DNA from: Bacteroidota bacterium
GTDB taxonomy: Bacteria; Bacteroidota; Bacteroidia; Chitinophagales; Chitinophagaceae
DNA: 64,000 bases
Reading direction: 5' to 3'
Assembly: GCA_018267875.1 (NCBI GenBank)
Contig: JAFDXP010000075.1
Coordinates: 16,566-80,565 of the forward strand
Below, piece after piece: positions 35,695 through 45,035 of the stretch (the stretch's first letter is position 1; each line of letters opens with the position of its first letter). The notes below the pieces were generated by a model. That model was not told the DNA's origin and searched no databases. It saw nothing but the letters and a program-made list of their open reading frames with translations. A program made the translations under genes and the position numbers.

Positions 35695-36864
35695 TCTAAA
35701 TTTCTTTTTGCGGGCATAAAATAAAAGAATTTGCAGGTAATAAGCGTATGAATAAAAAGGAGGTCGTTTACTTTTTTCTCCCGACCTATTAATACAAAAG
35801 AAGGATTAGTTTTTGGCGTAAGATTTTTTTACAAGAGAGATAAAAATAAATTGCATGAATTAATTTGTCATTTCGATCTATACAATATCCTTAGCCCCTT
35901 CCAAAATGAACTATTCGGGGCACATGTTATGTTTGCAGCCAACATTCAGGTATTGCTGCGGTGGCGGCATTCATTGAATGTCCTGCCCTGGAAAAACTGA
36001 TGTTGAAGTAAACAACAAAAATCTATATAGAAATTCGTCAGCCGGATATTAGCAGATAGCAATATGCAAGTTCATTGCAACTACATCTACCAGCATAAAC
36101 CCCCTTTTATGGATTCGCCCTTCGTCTTTGCAACTTGAATTGAAAGTATGTGTCCACCGAGGCACGGTGTGTCCCGAAGGCGAGGGAACAAGACAGACTC
36201 TTTTGCAAAGTTTGGTCTTTGTGTGCCTTCCAAATGTACCTGACTTGGTGCGTTGGAATTTCTGTTCACTCATCCAAAAAAGCAATGATGTTTATCTTCT
36301 TCAACAAGTTTAGTGAATTCATTTATATTATTCACAGTCGGCTTAGGCGAATAGCTATACCATTTCAAGTCTGCTCTTATCCAAAACACTTTCTAGTGAT
36401 TTTTTGTTTTCACAAATGTTGCCTTTGCAACAGGATTTTCCATAATTACTTCGGGTTTGTTCCACTGCGGCCTGACTTCAAATACGATGATGCTTTGTTC
36501 ATCTTTTTCATTTGTTTGATAAGTTTAACGGTTAAAAAAAGATTATCTCGTAAAACTACGCAACAAAACACAATTTGTCAATAGCCTTTATTTTTAAGCC
36601 TTGTTGTTATGGTTCAGTTTTTAATTTAGTGTCTTGCAACTATGTTTTTCCGTAGCCCATGCAGATGGGTGCAGTCATGTGCCTATTTAGCGTTTATTCA
36701 ATGCTTTGCTTGTTGAATTTTTTCAGTTATCTCTTCTTTGATTCTTTTTTGCCATAACACCTAAACATTGACTACAAAATCACACCTCCTTTGTTTGGTT
36801 CAAAAAAATCTGAATAACATACCAAACAGACACTAAACCTCAAGGGATATTTTTTCGGATAATT

Positions 36865-38055
36865 CTATTTCAACACACCGATTTCGCGACCCACTTTTGT
36901 GAAGGCAGCAATAGCATGATCTAAATGCGCGCGAGTATGGGCAGCAGAAATTTGAACCCTAATGCGAGCTTGACCTTTTGCAACAACGGGATAGAAAAAG
37001 CCAATGACATATACTCCTTCATCTAAAAGTTTTGCAGCCATTTGTTGAGCCACAACGGCATCGTATAACATGATAGGGGTGATGGGATGTGTACCGGGTT
37101 TTATATCAAAACCGGCTTCGGTCATCTTGCTTCGGAAATAAATGGTGTTTTCTTCCAGCTTATCGCGAAGCTCTGTGGTTTCACTTAACCGATCAAGCAC
37201 GGCTATGGAAGCACCCACGACTGATGGTGCAACCGTATTTGAAAAAAGATATGGGCGACTACGTTGACGAAGCATTTCGATGACTTCTTTTTTTCCACTG
37301 GTGAATCCTCCAGATGCGCCTCCTAAAGCCTTGCCCAGCGTTCCTGTAATAATATCTATCCGATCCATAACACCACATAATTCATGCACGCCTCGTCCGG
37401 TTTTTCCCATAAATCCTGAAGAGTGGCTCTCATCAATCATTACAATGGCATCATATTTATCAGCGAGATCGCAAATTTTGTCAAGCTGGGCAATTGTTCC
37501 GTCCATTGAAAAGACACTATCAGTAACGATAAATCGTGTTCGAGCATCTTTAAAAGATTGAAGTTGTGCTTCAAGGTCTGCCATATCGTTATGGCGATAA
37601 CGGGCACGTTTGCTTTTACATAAACGCACGCCATCAATGATAGAAGCATGATTCAGTTCATCAGAAATGATGACATCATCTTCGCCAAGTAGAGGTTCAA
37701 ACACGCCACCATTGGCATCAAAACAGGCAACATAAAGAATAGTATCCTCTGTACCCAAAAACTTAGAAAGCTTTGCTTCAAGCTCTTTGTGAATGTCTTG
37801 TGTGCCGCAAATAAAGCGTACAGAACTCATACCATAACCTCGTTCGTCAATTGTTTTTTTAGCAGCATACAGCACTTTAGAATCAGAAGAAAGTCCCAGA
37901 TAATTATTAGCACAAAAGTTCAAAACTTTTTTTCCGTTTACCCATATTTCAGCTCCTTGTTCAGATTGAATGATTCGTTCTTTTTTAAACAAACCTGCTG
38001 ATTCAATTTCCTGAAGTTCAAGTTGCAAACGGTTATAAAAAGTTGTACTGGACAT
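36865..38055 (-). CDS. kbl: glycine C-acetyltransferase (2-amino-3-ketobutyrate CoA ligase)
   Basis: [40 protein letters not shown] and TLGKALGG (PLP lysine) are Kbl and alpha-oxoamine synthase motifs. I use the start at [10 protein letters not shown] (38055). Confidence 0.9.
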   Translation of the reverse strand: MSSTTFYNRLQLELQEIESAGLFKKERIIQSEQGAEIWVNGKKVLNFCANNYLGLSSDSKVLYAAKKTIDERGYGMSSVRFICGTQDIHKELEAKLSKFLGTEDTILYVACFDANGGVFEPLLGEDDVIISDELNHASIIDGVRLCKSKRARYRHNDMADLEAQLQSFKDARTRFIVTDSVFSMDGTIAQLDKICDLADKYDAIVMIDESHSSGFMGKTGRGVHELCGVMDRIDIITGTLGKALGGASGGFTSGKKEVIEMLRQRSRPYLFSNTVAPSVVGASIAVLDRLSETTELRDKLEENTIYFRSKMTEAGFDIKPGTHPITPIMLYDAVVAQQMAAKLLDEGVYVIGFFYPVVAKGQARIRVQISAAHTRAHLDHAIAAFTKVGREIGVLK

Positions 38056-38216
38056 GAGCTGATTTTTGGTGCAAATTAATGACAAGTATTGGCTTTTAGA
38101 AACCACTTATGTATGTATTGACAAACTAAAAGGCAATTTTTCTTTTGTGCTTTATTTAAGAAAGCATCCTCAGCCAATTCAGAGCACCCTCGTATCTTGC
38201 GAATTATTTTTGTGAC

Positions 38217-38927
38217 GTGAGGGGTCAATACATTCTTTTATGGTGTCTATTTTTTTCCGTTGCGGGGAAGGCTCAAATATTGCGGGGAAGGGTATTAGAT
38301 GGTGACAATAAGAAGCCGTTATCAACCGTATCTGTATTTAATGCTAAGACCCAACAATATGTATTTACCAATACTTTGGGCTATTTTTCCTTAGCGGCTA
38401 AACCGGGAGACTTGATTAGTTTCAGCCTAAGTGGCTATCGGATTCAAACAAAATCTGTAGCCGAGCTTAATGCTGAAATGTTTATTGATTTATTCAAACT
38501 TAGCTATGTGCTGGATGAATTTATCTATCGTCCTAAATATTCTGCGTATCAATTGGATTCCATGGAGCGGAAAAGCACCTATGCAAATGCGCTTTCGCAA
38601 CGCCGAACTGGAAACATTATGTCGCCTGTAACTTTTTTAGCAGAAAGGCTTTCTAAGACAAGCAAGCAACGATATCGGTTTCAAAAAAGCTTCAATTATT
38701 GGGAAGATGAAAAGTTTATCGAATCTCGCTATTCGCCGGCTATGGTGAAACAACTTACATTATTGCGAGGCGATACGGTGGCTTACTTTATGAATGCAAA
38801 CCCCATGCCCTATGATTTTGCTCGAGCTGCCTCAGACCTCGAAATAAAGATGTGGATTCGAGAACATTACAAAACATGGGTCAAGAACCCACAATATCCC
38901 CAATTAGATTCAGTAGCTCAACATTAA
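38217..38927 (+). CDS. hypothetical secreted protein with CarboxypepD_reg-like N-terminal domain
   Basis: 236 aa with a GTG start and signal-like N-terminus. ILRGRVLDGDNKKPLSTVSVFNAKTQQYVFTNTLGYFSLAAKPGDLISFSLSGY resembles the carboxypeptidase-regulatory fold. The C-terminal half is unassigned. Confidence 0.45.
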   Translation: MRGQYILLWCLFFSVAGKAQILRGRVLDGDNKKPLSTVSVFNAKTQQYVFTNTLGYFSLAAKPGDLISFSLSGYRIQTKSVAELNAEMFIDLFKLSYVLDEFIYRPKYSAYQLDSMERKSTYANALSQRRTGNIMSPVTFLAERLSKTSKQRYRFQKSFNYWEDEKFIESRYSPAMVKQLTLLRGDTVAYFMNANPMPYDFARAASDLEIKMWIREHYKTWVKNPQYPQLDSVAQH

Positions 38928-38964
38928 ACCAAACACTAAGTTTGGTTTTGGTTAACTTGCACAA

Positions 38965-39681
38965 ATGATACCCGCTTGGCAAAATGGAGTAGTAGAACGA
39001 ATTGAGCAGGCTACGCACAACACTCGTCGCTATTGGATTCGGTTGCAAAACCAAGATGCTTTTACATTTAAACCCGGACAATTTGTTACCTTAGATTTAC
39101 CCATTCACGAACAACGAAACAAACGCTGGCGTAGCTATAGTATTGCTTCAGCTCCTGACAACTCAAATCTGATAGAACTAATTATTGTTCTGGTAGAAAA
39201 TGGGGCAGGTTCCAGCTATTTGTTTCATGATGTTTCTGAAGGATCTATTCTCACATTACGTGGCCCACAAGGGGTATTTACACTACCAGAGCCCATCGAA
39301 AAGGATTTGTTTTTCATTTGCACAGGTACAGGTATAGCTCCTTTTCGGAGTATGCTTCTGCATATTTTACATCACAATATTGCTCATCAAAATATTCACC
39401 TCGTCTTCGGAACACGCACTCATAAAGATCTTTTGTATTCTGACGAAATGACCCAATTGACTTATAAAATAGAAAACCTTTTTTATCACCCTACTCTTTC
39501 TCGAGAAGATTGGTCAGGAAATAAGGGCTATGTGCATGATGTGTATGAAAGACTTTGTGAAAACAAACAACCCGCTCAATTTCTTTTATGTGGATGGAGA
39601 AACATGATAGATGAAGCAAAGGAGCGCATTGTAAAAATGGGTTATGACAAAAAGGATATTCTACTCGAATTGTACGGGTAG
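38965..39681 (+). CDS. ferredoxin-NADP(+) reductase-like FAD/NAD(P)-binding oxidoreductase
   Basis: 238 aa. RSYSIAS is the R-x-Y-S FAD motif, FICTGTGIAPFRSM is the NAD(P) motif, and the terminal aromatic is ...LELYG. Confidence 0.75.
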   Translation: MIPAWQNGVVERIEQATHNTRRYWIRLQNQDAFTFKPGQFVTLDLPIHEQRNKRWRSYSIASAPDNSNLIELIIVLVENGAGSSYLFHDVSEGSILTLRGPQGVFTLPEPIEKDLFFICTGTGIAPFRSMLLHILHHNIAHQNIHLVFGTRTHKDLLYSDEMTQLTYKIENLFYHPTLSREDWSGNKGYVHDVYERLCENKQPAQFLLCGWRNMIDEAKERIVKMGYDKKDILLELYG

Positions 39682-39782
39682 TATGCAAAAGCAACGATCT
39701 GTTTTATTTATTTAATACTTAGAAAGTAGATTAAGTAATCAAGACCTTTTTGACTCAATCTACTATTGCTAACTGGTAAATA

Positions 39783-41993
39783 ATGTTTATGAATATAAGC
39801 AAAAGAGTAATTATTGTTTCTAATCGATTGCCAATTAAAGTAACTCGAAAAGAAGGTGTGCTAAACTACCAAAAAAGTGAAGGTGGTCTTGCAACTGCTC
39901 TTAGCACTATTTACAAACAGGGAAATAACCTTTGGATTGGTTGGGCAGGTACAGATGTGAATGATTCGGAAGAAGAAAAGATAATAAAAGATTTGAGTAT
40001 TCAAAACCTTAGTCCTGTATTTTTATCCTCAGAAGAAATCAATGGATTTTATGAGGGCTTTTCTAACGGAACCCTTTGGCCGCTCTTTCATTATTGCCCG
40101 ACTTATGGCGAATATTCCCAAGAATATTGGCAGACTTACAAAAGGGTAAACCAAAAATTTGCTGACATTATTATTGAAACGGCTACTAAAGACGATATCA
40201 TTTGGATTCATGACTACCAATTAATGTTAGTTCCATCTTTGGTACGAAAATCTATACCTGAAGCAAATATTGGATTTTTTCAACACATCCCATTTCCATC
40301 TTATGAAATATTTCGCTTGCTACCATGGAGAAAGGAATTACTTGAAGGTTTATTAGGAGCAGACATAGTCGGATTTCACACTTTTGATGATGTACGTCAT
40401 TTTCTCAGTTCCGTTAATAGAATTTCCGGATTCAACAATATGTCTAATAAAGTACGAATTGAAAGCAGGATCATTAGTGCAGATGCTTTTCCTATTAGTA
40501 TTGATTATAAAAAGTATCGTGCATTAGCTGATAATGCTATTACAAAACGTCATGAACAAAAAATTCGTCAACTTATTAACAACAACCAATTAATTATTTC
40601 AATAGATAGATTAGATTACAGTAAGGGAATCCTACAACGGTTAGAAGCCTATCAAATATTCTTACAACAACACCCTGAACTTATTGGGAGGGTAACAATG
40701 ATGCAGGTTATAGTTCCATCTCGTGATAGCGTACCAAAATATCGTCAATTAAAAGAAGAAATTAACCGACTTGTAAGTGAAATCAATGGACAGTTTTCTA
40801 TCATCGGGTGGCAGCCCATTCAATATTTTTATCGGTCACTTCCGATACATTTACTATCAGCGTTGTATAAAGTTGCAGATGTTGCACTCGTTACACCAAT
40901 GCGTGATGGAATGAATCTTGTAAGCAAAGAATTTGTTGCCAGCAAACTCAATAGAAAAGGGGTACTAATATTAAGTGAAATGGCAGGATCTGCCCGCGAG
41001 CTTACGGAGGCAATTTTAGTAAATCCAAATGACATTTGGGATGTGGCAAACAAAATATTTCTCGCACTTAACATGAGTGAATCAGATCAAATTGATCGAA
41101 TGACTGCCATGCAGCACACGGTATCTCAATTTGATATTGAAACTTGGTTACAGAACTTTATGGAAAAACTTCTCGAAGTAAAAACACAACAAAAAACCAT
41201 GATGACACGTAGCATTAATATTTCACTGAGGAAAAAGATTTCCATAAGCTATTTTAATAGCACCAATAGAATCATCTTTCTTGATTATGATGGCACACTG
41301 GTTCCTTTTACAGACAATCCTCAACAAGCTGCCCCCGACTCAGACTTGATTGATTTACTATCAACCCTTGCTCATGACACACACAACAGAGTAGTACTAT
41401 CCAGTGGAAGGGATTATCAAACTCTTGAAAACTGGTTTGGTCAACTTCCTATTGACATTATTGCCGAACATGGAGCATGGTATAAAGAGCATGGAACAAA
41501 ATGGTGTAGCGCACAAAATCTATCTGATACTTGGAAGCCGGAAATTATACACATCATGAATCAATATAATCGAAGAACACCCGGCGTTTCTATTGAAGAA
41601 AAAAGCTATTCTGTGGCATGGCATTTTCGAAAAGTAGTTAATGGATTGGGCGAATTAAGGGCAGCAGAATTGGTTAACGAAATAAAGGACTATGTATCAG
41701 ATAGGGGATTGCAGGCGCTGCAAGGAGACAAGGTTATTGAGATAAAAAGTAGTATTGTAAACAAAGGGAGCGCCGCTAAACGATGGATTGAACAAGGAGG
41801 ATATGATTTTTTTATGGCAATTGGAGATGATTATACAGATGAAGATACATTCAATGCACTACCTCCCGAGTCTATTACCATAAAAGTAGGTACAAATATC
41901 TCTGCTGCTCGTTACTATTTGAAATCGCATGAAGATGTGCGGGAATTATTACAACAAATGCAGTTGTGTCATTCCAACGAAAGAATTACATAA
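39783..41993 (+). CDS. bifunctional trehalose-6-phosphate synthase / trehalose-6-phosphate phosphatase (OtsA-OtsB fusion)
   Basis: 736 aa. The N-terminal GT20 part has IIVSNRLP, GTLWPLFHY and PMRDGMNLVSKEF. The C-terminal HAD part has FLDYDGTL and GDDYTDEDTF. Confidence 0.9.
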   Translation: MFMNISKRVIIVSNRLPIKVTRKEGVLNYQKSEGGLATALSTIYKQGNNLWIGWAGTDVNDSEEEKIIKDLSIQNLSPVFLSSEEINGFYEGFSNGTLWPLFHYCPTYGEYSQEYWQTYKRVNQKFADIIIETATKDDIIWIHDYQLMLVPSLVRKSIPEANIGFFQHIPFPSYEIFRLLPWRKELLEGLLGADIVGFHTFDDVRHFLSSVNRISGFNNMSNKVRIESRIISADAFPISIDYKKYRALADNAITKRHEQKIRQLINNNQLIISIDRLDYSKGILQRLEAYQIFLQQHPELIGRVTMMQVIVPSRDSVPKYRQLKEEINRLVSEINGQFSIIGWQPIQYFYRSLPIHLLSALYKVADVALVTPMRDGMNLVSKEFVASKLNRKGVLILSEMAGSARELTEAILVNPNDIWDVANKIFLALNMSESDQIDRMTAMQHTVSQFDIETWLQNFMEKLLEVKTQQKTMMTRSINISLRKKISISYFNSTNRIIFLDYDGTLVPFTDNPQQAAPDSDLIDLLSTLAHDTHNRVVLSSGRDYQTLENWFGQLPIDIIAEHGAWYKEHGTKWCSAQNLSDTWKPEIIHIMNQYNRRTPGVSIEEKSYSVAWHFRKVVNGLGELRAAELVNEIKDYVSDRGLQALQGDKVIEIKSSIVNKGSAAKRWIEQGGYDFFMAIGDDYTDEDTFNALPPESITIKVGTNISAARYYLKSHEDVRELLQQMQLCHSNERIT

Positions 41994-42005
41994 AATCGCT
42001 TAAAT

Positions 42006-42668
42006 CTATTGAAATAATGATATTCTTCTACTCACATTAAACTCTTGCAAAAGAACCTCAAGTTCTGAAAGCATCATGGCTGTTGCTCCCCAAATAATCA
42101 TGTTGTTAGTAGTTCGATAAGCGTTAACGGAACGGCTGAAACTTGCATCTGCGGCAGAAGTAACTCGTGCAATGGTTTTATGTTCCTCACTTAATAGTTC
42201 TTTTAAAGGCCATTCAATTGGATAATCCACCTCTTCATGACTGATATTGTACTTGGGTTCTACTTCAGAAAAAGCTAAAAAAGGATGAACTAAAAAATTG
42301 CTGACGGGAATATATAATTCTGTAAGAGCACCAATAATAGAAACTTCAGACGAAATAATGCCTACTTCTTCTTGTGTTTCTCGTAAGGCTGTGGCTCGTA
42401 AATCGGCATCAAATGGCTCTTGCCTACCACCCGGAAAACTGATTTGCCCACTATGAGCATGACCATCTTCTACGCGCTTAATTAATAGCACATTCAGTTC
42501 CCCATTTTTTGGAAACAACAAGCTCAAAACCGCACTGGAACGAACATCGGCAGGAATCTGTTGTGGATATTGTCTTACTGATGCAAACATTCTTTGGTGC
42601 GCATCCTTTCCCGGTAAGGAAAGTTTCAACCGATAAGAAAGCCACTGAGATAATGTTTGAATGTCCAT
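42006..42668 (-). CDS. Nudix hydrolase, CoA pyrophosphatase type
   Basis: The Nudix box is GGRQEPFDADLRATALRETQEEVGI. The upstream LLIKR...G.ISFPGG context is typical of NudL/CoAse-type members. Confidence 0.8.
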   Translation of the reverse strand: MDIQTLSQWLSYRLKLSLPGKDAHQRMFASVRQYPQQIPADVRSSAVLSLLFPKNGELNVLLIKRVEDGHAHSGQISFPGGRQEPFDADLRATALRETQEEVGIISSEVSIIGALTELYIPVSNFLVHPFLAFSEVEPKYNISHEEVDYPIEWPLKELLSEEHKTIARVTSAADASFSRSVNAYRTTNNMIIWGATAMMLSELEVLLQEFNVSRRISLFQ

Positions 42669-42773
42669 TGTATTTGAAAATTAAACAAGATTCTTTTTAT
42701 AGAATACAATAACAACCTATCTGAACTTTTCATCAGAAAAATTTTAACCAAATAACCTGCAAACTAACACAAT

Positions 42774-44849
42774 TCATTTCAGAACATAAGCACCATCCAA
42801 CATCGTGAAATGTGCAGGAATTTGTAGTGACCGACAACTATCTTTCCATTGCTCCATAATTTTTCGTTTTTGCAACCCTGTCAAGATCATTTGATTAAAA
42901 CGAAACATTTTATGTAAAGCGGATCCTTCAAAACGTTTAACAGGAAAAGCTATCACCACCAAATCAATTTGTGCAAGAAAAGAAGTATCCAATTGAATAG
43001 CCTTATCTAAAACTAAGATTTTTTTACCTTGAAATCGAAACACATTTCCCATAATAGACTGTCCCTGTTTCCAATTTCCAGTTACTATATGATTTTCTTT
43101 TGTGGCAAAATCTATTTCAGGCTTTATTGAATCACTGTTTAATAGCGGATAATAATAACCATTCGATAAGATTTCTGCGTAAGACTTTCTGTTGATATTA
43201 TAAACCACAAATTGTGGCTGAGATATCGAATTCCATCTGTCAACCGTCATAAACAATAAAAGTACTGTAATGGATAAAATGGCTATGGGCAACCCTTTTC
43301 GCCAACTTTGTAACCAAAAGAAAGACATTCCGATAACAAACCCATATACACATAACAAGGAAGGAAAGGATAAAAACAAATTACTAAAAGCCTTTGGATT
43401 TAGAGATTGTAGAAAAACAATAACACTATTAAAAACCATTACTAAAAAGGTAAGTGTGTTAGCCACTAAGCCAGCGATTGCAGAAAAATAACTCAAAAAA
43501 ATAATCAACATGGAGCCTATCAACACCAGTCCCATACACAAATAAGCCAAAATATTAGCAATCAAAAAAGTAAGCGGAAAGGTGTGGAAATAGTAAATTA
43601 CTAAGGGGGCAATTAATATTTCAGCAGCTATACTTGCTGATGCAGCATCCCACAATTTCTGCAAATAAACATTTGGAGCAACAACAAGTCGTGATAGTTT
43701 TTTAAAAAATAAAATAAGCGAAAGCACTGCCAGAAAAGACAATTGAAATCCTACTGAAAACAGCCACATTGGTTCATACAGCAGCATAAAAAAAGCCGTT
43801 GCAAAAAGTAAATTCAAGGGTTGCTTGTCTTGCCGAAAAATCAGCCCTATTGCAACAAAGCAAAACATAATTGCAGCTCGAATAGCAGAGGTCGGTGCTC
43901 CGGCTACGGCTACATAAAAACATACAAATGGAACAGCTACCAAATACTTGATGGCTTCGTATTTTTTGCCACGTAAAAAGAAAAGAAGGGCAGCAATAAT
44001 TTGAAAAAACAAAATGACATGCGAACCGGAAATGGCTACTACATGGATGATGCCTGTGTCCACATAACTTTGCCTGAGCTCTGTGTCGAAGTTCACTTCA
44101 TCACCAAGCAGCATAGCTTGCATCAATCCTAAGGTTGACTTATCGGTCACAAAATGTTCCAGCATTTGCATTGAATACGCATGTACTCTATCAATAAAAG
44201 AAGGTGCGTCAACCGAATGATGAAACAATGTTATCTCGTTTGGTGAAATGAATGCTTGATGATAGATTCCATTTCTTTGACAAAAAGTGCGATAATCGAA
44301 AGCAAAGGGGTTTCCGGAATTGGTGATAGGCTTCCATTTGTTTGGAATCATAATTTCATCTCCTTTTTGAATAGTGAAAGGAGAATCATTTCTATACACA
44401 AATAAAAAAGCAGATCCCTTTACAGGAACAACTTTTGAGCCATCGAAAGCCTCCATTACTTCAACTGACAACTTCCATGTTTTAGTTTTTTGCTGTGGTG
44501 ATTCTGCAACACGAACCAGAAAAGATTGCGCCTGATTCAGCGACTTTTCATACCAATTCAGTTGGCTTACAGGAGATGAATAAATACAACAAAGCCATGA
44601 TAGAAAAAAGAAAGTTAGTTGTATCCATAAGAATTGTAAAACATGAAAATGCTTCCGGTTGTTTGCCCAAACTAAGATGACAATACCAATAAGAGATGAA
44701 ATAATTGCTATGCTTGATAAGGATAATAGAGAAATAGAAGGAAGTAGTCCTTTATCAAAAAATAAAATGGCAACTACTACGGGAAATAGCAAGCGAACAA
44801 AAGGAGCCGTTTCCCAAAAATATAGTCGAGTTGGTTTCAAGAACTGCAT
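42774..44849 (-). CDS. comEC: ComEC/Rec2 family DNA internalization channel protein
   Basis: 691 aa and polytopic. It has an N-terminal DUF4131-like OB region, and the competence core motif TGIIHVVAISGSHV is characteristic of ComEC. Confidence 0.85.
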   Translation of the reverse strand: MQFLKPTRLYFWETAPFVRLLFPVVVAILFFDKGLLPSISLLSLSSIAIISSLIGIVILVWANNRKHFHVLQFLWIQLTFFFLSWLCCIYSSPVSQLNWYEKSLNQAQSFLVRVAESPQQKTKTWKLSVEVMEAFDGSKVVPVKGSAFLFVYRNDSPFTIQKGDEIMIPNKWKPITNSGNPFAFDYRTFCQRNGIYHQAFISPNEITLFHHSVDAPSFIDRVHAYSMQMLEHFVTDKSTLGLMQAMLLGDEVNFDTELRQSYVDTGIIHVVAISGSHVILFFQIIAALLFFLRGKKYEAIKYLVAVPFVCFYVAVAGAPTSAIRAAIMFCFVAIGLIFRQDKQPLNLLFATAFFMLLYEPMWLFSVGFQLSFLAVLSLILFFKKLSRLVVAPNVYLQKLWDAASASIAAEILIAPLVIYYFHTFPLTFLIANILAYLCMGLVLIGSMLIIFLSYFSAIAGLVANTLTFLVMVFNSVIVFLQSLNPKAFSNLFLSFPSLLCVYGFVIGMSFFWLQSWRKGLPIAILSITVLLLFMTVDRWNSISQPQFVVYNINRKSYAEILSNGYYYPLLNSDSIKPEIDFATKENHIVTGNWKQGQSIMGNVFRFQGKKILVLDKAIQLDTSFLAQIDLVVIAFPVKRFEGSALHKMFRFNQMILTGLQKRKIMEQWKDSCRSLQIPAHFTMLDGAYVLK

Positions 44850-44958
44850 AGGGCTATGCTTGAGCTGAAAAGATAAACAAATACATTAATAATAAGAAAT
44901 AGCCGGTAACAAGAAGTTGTATTTAAAACACGGAATGCACAGGCTTTTAAAGGCGTTT

Positions 44959-44993
44959 GAGGATAGTTAGGAGGATCTTTTGAGGATCTTGTT
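44959..44993 (+). promoter_or_regulatory. three tandem 11-12-nt direct repeats (GAGGATnnTTnn) in the comEC / histidine-kinase divergent intergenic region
   Basis: GAGGATAGTTAG (44959-44970), GAGGATCTTTT (44971-44981), GAGGATCTTGTT (44982-44993). GTTAGGAGG (44966-44974) is also the inverted repeat of CCTCCTAAC (45016-45024). Confidence 0.3.
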
Positions 44994-45035
44994 AACTTAG
45001 TGGTTCTCACTTGCCCCTCCTAACATTCTGTGCCC

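Noticed and set aside
35906-35977. 23-aa Cys-rich peptide MNYSGHMLCLQPTFRYCCGGGIH as a possible RiPP precursor
   Set aside because: There are no modification, export or immunity genes nearby. It sits in a GC-rich patch where short ORFs arise by chance.
36150-36584. 144-aa plus-strand ORF and the overlapping 60-78-aa ORFs at 36049-36313
   Set aside because: They overlap each other on both strands and have non-protein-like composition (Cys/Phe/His-rich, no motifs). I treat them as chance ORFs inside a non-coding or decayed region (see finding at 35695-36864).
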